Source of the DNA: Bugula neritina
Lineage: Eukaryota > Animalia > Bryozoa
Direction of reading: 5' to 3'
DNA length: 64,000 bases
Assembly: GCA_964035545.1 (NCBI GenBank)
Contig: OZ037772.1
Coordinates: 7,300,889 to 7,364,888, forward strand
This document shows, one piece after another, positions 53,440 through 64,000 of this stretch (position 1 is its first letter; each line of letters starts with the position of its first letter). The notes beneath the pieces were generated by a model that saw only the letters and a list, made by a program, of their open reading frames with translations, ran no database searches and was not told where the DNA came from. A program made the position numbers and the translations under genes.

Positions 53440-53765
53440 TAATGCCTCCACCGGGAATCAAGCCCGAGACCTCTGGCTTGCAAGCAAGTGTGCTAACCAT
53501 TACACCACAGGGACCACTGGGTAAACTCATCACTACATCCCACCCAGTTCTCTGAACTCTACTAGCCCATCTACTACTCCTTCAGTTTTCAGGCTTCCCT
53601 GGCCACTCAATTCTCTCAGAGTATTACCACTACACTTCACTAAAGGCCGAAATAGCTTGAAGAATAATTGCTCCCACAGAGAATCGAACCCGAGACCTCT
53701 GGCTTGCAAGCAAGTGTGCTAACCATTACACTACGGGGACCACTGGGTAAACTCATCACTACACA
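53440..53765 (-). repeat. Two direct copies of family-2 tRNA-like repeat between the 3' ends of genes B and C
   Basis: cccgagacctctggcttgcaagcaagtgtgctaaccattacac...gggaccactgggtaaactcatcactaca occurs at ~53463 and ~53689. Confidence 0.85.
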
Positions 53766-54468
53766 ACACGACATGAACCATGACACTTTGCTTGGTATTG
53801 CTTTGTTCTTACTGGTTGAATTGTTGCTTCCTAATTCTTATTAATACCAGTGCAGCTAGTTGTTTGCATATTAAAAACAAATTGCTATTATAGTAAAACA
53901 TGCAGGTAAAAGTGTCCTAAACTCTAATTACCAAATAAAAGAAACTTGCAATAAAATATTGTACCAAATATTGATTGATAAACTGTGAGATTAATTGAGC
54001 TACATATTATTACAATAAATGTAATGATTAAACTTCTCATTAAACTGAATTAGCTTATTACGGCCAAATAATTTAGAAAAATCAAGCAATTTTACTTGCA
54101 CCAATTTTGCATGCACAGTTTTGCTATTACAGCAGCTCCAGTAATATGAAATATAATTATAGATATAATAATATGTTAAAAGATAATAGAATAATCACTA
54201 TAAATAATTATTCACTAAATAATGATAAATGAAAATAGCCGTTCTCATGATAAATAAATGCAATATGTGTGTGAAAAAGAAAATAGAAAATATAGTTCCA
54301 ATTAGAGGCATAACCAAGATGATTTTTAGTAAAGCAAAATAAGCTTGTCTATTGTGACAAAGGATTGCATGAACTGCAATTGTACTCCAGAGTTTCATAA
54401 ATGTATCAAAGCTTATATTACAATCAAAGAGCTACACAAATATATACTTTTGCAGTTAGGAAACAAAA

Positions 54469-57400
54469 TTATAATTTCCATTGAACTTTAGCCACGCATG
54501 GTAAGATATCAATGAAAATCTGCTTACTGTATCTATTCACTGAGTAGCATAAGTTAAAGTATTGTTTAGATTCAAATTTCTCTCTCATTACTCCAGCTAC
54601 ATCTGTTAGCAGATCAACTAGTTCTACTCTCTGTACAGATGGCTGAAGAACAGGAAATGCTACAGAGACATCTGGTGGTAGTTGCTGACTTGGGAGAGAG
54701 TCTTTAGACGTGGGACATCTTTCAACCTCTGGGACTGTTTGGAGCTGAGAGGCTTTACTGTTGGTGAGTTCAGAGAGATGTTCAGAAAAGTACTTGAAAA
54801 ACATTCCAGCTTTTGATCTAAAAATAAATGAAAACTACAGTAAGTAATTTGATACAAAATATATTTTTAAAATTTTGCAGACTTAAAGAACATAAGTAAA
54901 ATGTGCCAGGAAAGTATGATTGCAATCCAAATACATTGCTAGTTTAATTTTTGAAGCAAAAATACTGTGAAAATCATACCTTTTACATCTAGACCAAAAA
55001 CTTTAAGATGTAAAAGCATTTGCTGTACCCACATTTACCTGCTGTCTGGAAGAGTTGTAAAGCAGACGTAGCAGTCTACAGGAATATCAAGAGGAGGAAT
55101 TTGCTTTGTAGCTTGTCTTTCCCATTCTATAGTTTTGACTGCAAGAGGCAGTTCCTGTCTCACTGGTCTATACAGGAAAGGGATGTCTGGAAACTCATCG
55201 CTAGATTCAAAACTATGAGGAGCTCTGTTGTATATGGCTGAAATATCTCCTCTGCAGCAGGACAGGAATAGTAGCTGAAATCAGAATCTTTCGGCCTAAT
55301 ATTACAGCAACTTGAAAACAAAGTTACTACTAATCAACTATTTAATCAATTTGAAATATTAAAAAAAATTAAAATAAAGTAATTAACCAAACATGAGTTC
55401 GACAGTTTTGAATGCTTCTGGAACTTCTTTGGCATGTCTCAAGTTAAAGTTGCTCTGTATGACCAATAAACAAATTTTAAGTTCAATTGACAGAAATACA
55501 CCTAAATTTATTGCTAGAATTTTTCAACGTTGAAATCGAAGTGGAGAGAAGCTTTCTACTACCTTGGGGATACATGCAGTAGTCCCAGAGTTGAAGTGAT
55601 TCACCACTTCCTGTACTGAACAGTTTGATTTTCCATCATGTCCATAAATGAGTCCATCTTTACCATGAGAGAAGATAGCTAAAGCAGCCATTGAACCATG
55701 TCCTTCTGATTTGGAGAACTCAGATATGGAACTGAGCATTTTTTCTGCAGATAGATCTTGTTTTTCAATAGTCTGTAATATATATAATATATTGGACTAG
55801 CCCTGTGCTATTATCTAAGTTATAACTAGGTTTTGCATCCACTCATGAATAAAGTTGTTGGGTGATTTGTGTTTAACTCTAATGCCCAATTGAAGCATTT
55901 CCATTATAGAATATTTGTTTTGAATAATTTATTAGTGTAGCAAACGACTTTTCTATGCATTACCTGTTTTGGTGTCTTATAACAAGTCATGCATATACTA
56001 ACGAATTTACTATAAGACAATATAGGAAATGATCTAATGTAAGCATTTTGCAAGTTGGCTGCTTTTTATTCAATAACACAGCAAAGAATTAGCTCATATG
56101 TTCATTTGGATTTTGCAAACACAAAACCTTTCCAAGCATTTGAAATATTTTCTTCAACCTAGACTTGGCAAACACTAGCTATAAAACAGAGTCAAAATCC
56201 TTTAATTACCATAAGGTTTTGAGCACATAGAAAAAATAGTTGCATATACTTACCTGAAATCCAAAGTGGTGAGCAAAAACCTTTCTGGAATGTTTCAAAG
56301 ATTGAGTGCGTCTCCCAGAAATTGTTTTACTTCCACTTGTTGGGTTATTAGAGAGTTGTATGTTGTTGCAAAGGATCAACGCCTTTCCTCTGTTACTTTC
56401 ATTTATGAGAATACGGCAATTTGGTGTACCAGTGGTGGCGGAATCATCCATCTTACCATCAACATGGCTATTTACTTCGAAATCAGAGAATTGACTTGTT
56501 TCACCAACACATGGCTGACTCCATTTGCTAGCCCCAGATTGAGTTACTGACTCATTATCTGATATCATCTCCTCACAATTATTTGCACTATGAGGAGGTC
56601 CTTCATTTACGAAAAAGCTTTGCACATCTGGATTATTAGTGAGCTCAGAAGTCAGTTGTTTAACTGATTTGTATTGTCCCATGTTGATCATTCTTTTTCT
56701 GTATATACAATATTGAATAACAACCATCATTAGCTCTTGCCACAAAATTAGTGCACACAAAATGTTTCGTTTTGAAATGGATTTAAAAGATAATAATAAT
56801 AATACTTCACCTTTTATAATCTTCATTCTTGTACTTGATTGAAACTTTGACATAATCTGAGCTTGAAAGTGCAGAACTTGAACTTTGCTCCATTAAGCAG
56901 CTCTGTAAGTTTGTGTAAATACATGTTTATTAGACACTTTGTGTAAATTGGATGTATTTACTTGTTTAATGTAGCATAGTTGCTTATAAAATTTCCATTG
57001 TATCTACATCATTTGATCCACTCACTTTTTCCTCGTTCAGTTTATTCTCTTCCCCATCTGTTTCTCTCTCTTCAACATCATCTGTTTCTCTCATTTTACC
57101 ATTTTCTGTTTCTCTCTCTTCACCATCACCTGTTTCTCTTATTTGAGTGTTACCTGGTTCAATATTTTCATAACCTTCTACCAAAGACGTATCATTATCT
57201 CTGATGTATCTCTTGCTCAGAGTTGAGTTTACACTAACTTTCTGTACATCAGGATCACAGCTCAGCTCAGAGATCAAAGAATGAATAGATTTGTGTTTCA
57301 GTAAGTCTGGTGCTGCATTCCTATGCAAAATAGTTAAAAAATTTATTTTAATATAATATAACATGTATAATGCAATGTAGCAAAACGTAGAAATTTTTTT

Positions 57401-60400
57401 CTATTTTAGTGTTACCTTGTATAGTTGTCTTTTTTGTATTTCACTGAGAGTATCAGGTAGTCAGGACCTGGTGGTATCAGATTCAGATCTGCTTCTTTCA
57501 CAGAACTTTGTATTACTGCTATCTTAAAAAACAGAGGCAAATGAAATATTACGTTTTCCATATATTTCTAGACTATTTGGCCATTTCATATAGTACAAAG
57601 TTCATTCTCAATAAATTAAAATACAACTATCAAGCAAAATAACGATGTATATAAATATAATTTAAATTTTAATATGTCAATAAAAGACATGAATTTGTTT
57701 TAAAAGCCATACTAAGGCAGTAAGCTATTTGTTGTTAGGTTTATTTGGCACATTCAATTAGCAATACTGAAATACTATTATAGTTGATACTATAATATAT
57801 ACATGTAGTTGATTAAAGACACTTTAATTTATACTATAAGTACCTTAGGCTTTCCATCGTGCACAGATATGTTCATTTCATTGAGTACACTCTGTATGGT
57901 TTTCTGCTTAGGTTCTTCCACATTGATTGTGTCTATGACTATAAGCTGCAAGTCTTCAGCTGAACCCTGAAACCAAACTAGTTTAGTACACAACATGATT
58001 ATCAGACTATATAGCTAAACGATTTTGTGATTATCAACACCAGATGTCACATTTGATATTAAATATCAATTTTAATAATTTGTTGAATGCTTTTTGAAAT
58101 GAACGATGTAATTTGCACAATAAGGGCATCAAAACTGTCGCTTTTACTAAAAATCAGTCAATATCCCCTCGGAAACTTTCTGACAGTTTTTACCTCCAGA
58201 TGGAGCAGGGCTAAATATGAGCACCACATATATGATGTTTGACTTTTCTAAAACTACACTTCCCAATGCTCATATCATAACTATATGTTTAACAACCAAT
58301 GCAAACGCAATTTTCTGGTGCTTCAACAATACAGAAAGCCTTAATTGTAAAAATATAGAAACGTTATTCAGGATGGTTAATCTAGCTACCCAAACAGAAA
58401 AAAGCAAAAATAGGTGAGAAAAGGTAACAAATTTGGAATAGTCATTGTAAGGTATAATTAGAAAATTATGTCATAAACGTGATAATATACACATGTTAGT
58501 TTATAACAGAGAATGCTTTTTATTATGTACCTAAAAGTATAGGCTTGAGTGCGGCACCTGAAGAATTAAATACCCTGTATAACTAGATAAGTTGGTTATA
58601 GCAAGGTGTATTGATGTTTTTTGAAATACATGTGTGTAGTAAATACATTAGGTAATGAGAAGCATTGGAGCACAAAGGTAATTAATATCAACTGCTTTCC
58701 TTCATTATATATAACAAGGAAAATTTAACCTATATACGCAACTACTAAAGAGTTTATTATTATACACATCAAGATACTTTAGGTGAGGGCATTACATAAT
58801 TAGCATCAACTACATAATTAGCTCTAACTATCATTGCTTATATAAAGACTCTATGGCAATAAGAAATATATTATATACACACTCTTCAACAAGAAGTCAG
58901 TGTATAAATTTGAACTAAATTAGAGATAATAAGCGTTTATACTAATGCAGATAGAATACTTCTGTGAGGAAGGAAATTAAGTCATATTGCAATAAATACT
59001 TCATACCCTTCAAATCGACCAAATGATACTTTTAGCTGCATAAAATGTGCATAATCATATAATCAGTTGAGAAAAACATTTTGCATTACATTTACTTGTA
59101 CCATGGCAGTATCGTGGCTATGTAAATATATGCTTTAAATGGCTAGCTATAGGGATATCTGATAAGAGAACATATAACATAATTATTATCTACAATAACT
59201 GATTATAACTACTAACTAGAGATATAAGATATAAAAAAACATATAATATGAGTAAGATTTAACAGATCAACTCACTGTGTTCTCTTGTCCAGATTTCTGT
59301 TGGCATACAGCTGCTAAAGACAAGCTGTGCGACGTTGTGTATGCAGAGTCAAGTAAGGAATATTCATTCAGACAGTATTTCAGCACCTTGAGAATTGTCT
59401 CATCATATTTATAGAAACTCTTTGGATGTGTCAACTGCTGCTCGAAGTCTGTTCTGAGAATGTATTCAGCTGCAAACTTTGTAGCCAAGGAACTATGCTT
59501 GTCATCTGCTAATACCTTTTTAATGTAAAACAATTCAGAAAAGTTTTTCTGGTGAATTATTTTTCTGCAGTCAACTAGTTGTGAATTATGTGAATCTGTA
59601 ATTTTTTGTCTCATTGTTAAGGAAAGATGGAGCATGAAGTCAGCAAAGACCTTAGTGTCATACTTAGCAGCAACATAATGGATTGGGGTGTTACCATACA
59701 CATCAGGGTACATCATTTTCTCAAGCTTTAAACATCCGACATAGTCTTGCAGTGCATTATATATACTGTCTAAAAACAATGACAGAGCTGCAAGATGCAA
59801 AATATTTTGACCAGCATAGTTGTGTTGCTCTAGATAAGTTATTATATCCAAGTCAGTTTTATTTTCAATATGTTGAAGAAGTTCTGCTAGTGATTCATGT
59901 TGTCCAAATTCAACAAGTGACAGAATAGGAGTGCTACCTTTGGTATTGGTGACAAAAAGCAGTTCATCTATTTGTGCAGATTTTAGTTCACTCAGCATGC
60001 AACTGACAATCTTTTTGTTGGTAGCATAGTGCAGTGCTGTGTGGTTAAAGCAATCTAGCCAAAACGTAAGAGAAACAGATAACTGAGACAAGCCACAGAG
60101 ATATTCTGCTACATCTGTTCTACCACTTATAGTAGCTGTATGTAGTGCGGTATGCTGATTCTCATCAGCACACAATATAAAAGTTTTGTGATTCTCTGGT
60201 AAAACTGACTCTACAAGTAACTTTGCAATTTCTCTATTCTCAGCATAGTGTAGAGCTGTCCTACCATCAGCATATTTCTTTAGTATCAGTTCATCATCAG
60301 CTAGAGACAAGCTACAGAAATATTCTACTACATCTGTTCTATCACATAAAGCAGCTGTATGTAGTGCTGTACACTGAGTCTCATCAGCACACAATATAAA

Positions 60401-61588
60401 AGTTTTCTGATTCTCTGGTAGAACTGACTCTACAAGTAACTTTGCAATTTCTCTATTCTCAGCATAGTGTAGAGCTGTCCTACCTTTAGTAGCTTTCTTT
60501 AGTATCAGTTCATTATCTGCTAGAGACAAGCTGCAGAGATATTCCACTACATCTGTTCTACCACACATAACAGCTATATGTAATGCTGTACACTGAGTCT
60601 TATCAGCACACAATATAAAAGTTTTCTGATTCTCTGGTAGAACTGACTCTAAAAGTAACTTTGCAATTTCTCTATTCTTAGCATAGTGTAGAGCTGTCCT
60701 ACCATTAGCATCTTGCTTTAGTATCAGTTCATCATCAGCTAGAGACAAGTTACAGAGATATTCTACTACATCTGTTCTATCACTATAAGTAGCTGTATGT
60801 AGTGCTGTACACTGATTCTTATCAGCACACAATATAAAAGTTTTCTGATTCTCTGGTAGAACTGACTCCACGAGCAATTTTGCAATTTCTCTATTTTTAG
60901 CTGCATAGTGTAGAGCTGTCCAACCATCAGCATCCTTCTTTAGTATCAGTTCATCATCAGCTAGAGACAAGTTACAGAGATATTCTACTACATCTGTTCT
61001 ATCACATAAAGCAGCTGTATGTAGTGCTGTACACTGAGTCTTATCAGCACACAATATAAAAGTTTTCTGATTCTCTGGTAGAACTGACTCCACGAGCAAT
61101 TTTGCAATTTCTCTATTTTTAGCATAGTGTAGAGCTGTACGACCATCAGCATCCTTCTTTAGTATCAGTTCATCATCAGCTAGAGACAAGCTACAGAGAT
61201 ATTCTACTACATCTGCTATACCACTATAAGTAGCTGTATGTAGTGCTGTACACTGAGTCTTATCAGCACACAATATAAAAGTTTTCTGATTCTCTGGTAG
61301 AACTGACTCCACGAGCAATTTTGCAATTTCTCTATTTTTAGCATAGTGTAGAGCTGTACGACCATCAGCATCCTTCTTTAGTATCAGTTCATCATCAGCT
61401 AGAGACAAGCTACAGAGATATTCTACTACATCTGCTCTACCACATGCAGCAGCTGTATGTAATGCTGTATATCCATTTTCATCAACAGATAGTATAAACT
61501 CCTTTTGCCTACATAAGTGAATTGAATCCACTAGTTGTCTCGCTTCATCCACATTGTCTATTGTGTGTAATGCTGTTTCACCAGACAT
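54469..61588 (-). CDS. Ankyrin-repeat / pseudo-caspase / caspase protein C (~1389 aa)
   Basis: Exons 61588-59276 (~18 ANK), 57966-57844, 57522-57416, 57320-57026, 56902-56811, 56698-56254 (RGKALILCN), 55772-55563 (IFSHG), 55274-55039 (LFLSCCRG), 54817-54469; frame continuous. An acceptor (tttgtag) directly precedes the ATG, so an upstream exon is likely (candidate donor at 62379). Confidence 0.87.
60075..61490 (-). repeat. Coding tandem repeat, 219-nt (73-aa, two-ankyrin) unit, ~6.5 near-identical copies
   Basis: Anchor (g/a)aactgactc recurs at 60202, 60421, 60640, 60859, 61081, 61300 (spacing 219, 219, 219, 222, 219). Confidence 0.95.
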
Positions 61589-63329
61589 CTACAAATGATT
61601 GATAGAATAAAATTATTAATAGGTGCTGATATTTTCTGTTAGAAACTTGTCCAGTTTAGTTCAATGCATTTTTTTAAATTTTCTTTTATTTATTCAGTTT
61701 ATTGTAGAAACTTTTTTAGTAATATCATACAGTGTATGTAATTATGACAACCTACACAATAGCTGCCTACTCTATCAAACACTGTAAGAAATATAAGAAC
61801 TACCAATACTTCTGTAGATTACCCATGCAGAGGCCACTATGGTGCAATGGTTAGCGTGCTTGATTGCAAGCAGGAAGTCTTAAGTTCAAACCCGAGGAAA
61901 GAAAACTATTTTATAACTTCTGTCACAAATTCTACTCTATAAACTACTATTATATAATTGTAAAACTAACCTTTATTTTAATTACTAATTTGCGTGGCGT
62001 GCAACTTTAGGACACACCTCTACTGCAGAATACCCTCTTTTATTGTTTAGTTTCATATCAATAAAGTTGCAGCGTATACAACGACATTTACCAGACTCTT
62101 CTACCAAGAGCGTAAAAGTAGATGCGATCAGAGTTTAATAACAAAGTTGTTGCATAAACCAAGAAGCACAACAACTAAATACGATTATTAGTTTTGGCAG
62201 AGAGACATTTTCATATTTTCAGCCAACAGACGAAATAGCCTTGACACTGATCTCAACTTTGTGACCAATACTTGCCTGTTAGTGTAGATAGTGACAAATT
62301 AAACTCTTCTTTCTTCTGTCTCTTCTGCTTCAGTGTTCTGGTTTATATATTAACACTTCAACTTATCACCACAGCTTACCTGGTATATGTGCCGGTCAGT
62401 ATTTAATCTTGAGGTAAGTGAAGTAATAAGATAATTGAAATTGCATGGCATCAAGATAACTAGAGTAAATAGTTTTATCACTTCTATAAAACTATCTCAT
62501 GATCACTAAGCTACAGTTGACTAGTGTAGCCTCATATAAATGACTTTAATCTATTCCTTCTCTTGCAGGCATCAGATTTACATGCATGACTATACTAGAT
62601 GTTAGAAAACAAGCTATGCATTAGTACATACTGCACTCCATCATCACCATAATCTAACATGTACAATATTTCAATGTACTGCAGTGAAGATTGAGAGATC
62701 CGTATATACAGTTGTAACATATTATTATGTTAAGTTGAATTGGACCTATTGTAGGATATTAATAGACTTCTAGTCTTGAAATGATTTGTTTTTTTAAAAG
62801 ACTGCTAAAAATATACAATTTATAACAACAGGCAGGCGTGTTATAACAGCTCTATTTCACCTAAAAACTGGAAATTTTAACTTACATGTAAGTAATGAAA
62901 TTTTGTCATCAAACTGCTGATCAATTTACTATGCGTGTGATGTTGAGTGTGCAATTGTAGACATTTCGTTTAATGTTAAATAAAACTAATTAAACAGAGT
63001 ATATTAAATTATATAATAATTATTAAAATATGAGTCATGTAAACATAAACATAATACTAATTAGTATAACCTACAAGTATGATTATCCCCACCTGCAGAG
63101 ACATGATGTATATTACCAGGGGAAACATATAATAGTCAAATACTGTGTGATCTGATTGTAAATATTAACTGAATATAAACTTCTTTAAGTGCATGTAGAG
63201 GTTGAAATGGATACATTGCTATATGCAAAAATAACATTGTTTACTAAATGATGTAGCATCATATATATAGCATTGTATGTTTTATGAAGTAATTAATTAT
63301 TATAATATAATAATTTAATATAATATATC

Positions 63330-63456
<127 letters not shown>

Positions 63457-64000
63457 ATATTATATTAAATTATTATATTATAATAATTAATTACCTCGGT
63501 TGTACAGACATATAAACAGAATGCTATTTAGTGTAACCTGTGATTATCCCTACCTGTGGATACATGGCTTATGTTACCATAAAATAAATGGATAGTTAAG
63601 AGGGGCTTAAAATTAGCCAATAACCATGTTATCAAAATGTAATTAGGTAAGCTTCTTGAAGTGTAGAGGTTGAAGTTGATAAAAATTGCTAGGCGAAGAT
63701 AGCATTGTATACTGGGTGACTCAGCATAGCATTGTATATAGTTTACAAAGTGGCTTATAGCAGACTAATTTCATGAATATCCTAACACTCTGTTAACCCT
63801 GACTCTACTATTTTCCAATTGAAGCTGTGCCTGAGTATAAATTCCAGCATAAAGATTTAACTGCCTGATTCCATGTTATATCAGTGTTTACTATTAAAAT
63901 ATAATTAAATAAACATTGAATTGCATGCCATACCTAGGCAAATTCAAACTACTACCTTGCTTGTCAAAAGTATGATTTCAAAACTGGTATCATTTTGAAT

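Noticed and set aside
60075-61490. CRISPR-like or prokaryotic repeat array; bacterial origin of the ankyrin genes
   Set aside because: The repeats are in-frame coding units without unique spacers, and the genes have spliceosomal introns in a SINE/LINE-rich context.

Overview
AT-rich animal (invertebrate-like) genomic DNA with GT-AG introns; the species cannot be fixed from the sequence. Manual exon assembly gives two intact three-member gene clusters that the ORF track shows only as fragments. (1) 1.5-25.6 kb: three tandem minus-strand 6-exon genes for ~190-aa secreted proteins. Each has a signal peptide, an RxR/KR furin-type site, 8 invariant Cys, four amphipathic helical segments and phase-0 introns through the mature region; I interpret them as a candidate four-helix-bundle cytokine/hormone family. 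(2) 34.3-61.6 kb: three genes (-,+,-) for ~1100-1560-aa proteins built as variable-length ankyrin array, then a catalytically dead pseudo-caspase, then a linker, then a caspase with His/Cys dyad (SHG, SACRG/SCCRG) but a non-canonical S1 pocket. The ankyrin arrays vary at binding-surface positions, paralogs show exon-level mosaicism, and a perfect NF-kB palindrome sits between the divergent pair, suggesting an innate-immune sensor-protease locus. The rest is repeats: two tRNA-derived families, a MITE (one copy nested in a SINE), a truncated LINE, a decayed Gypsy element inside an intron, DNA-transposon relics and micro/minisatellites. Exon boundaries were read by eye from splice signals and paralog comparison; no database search was run.
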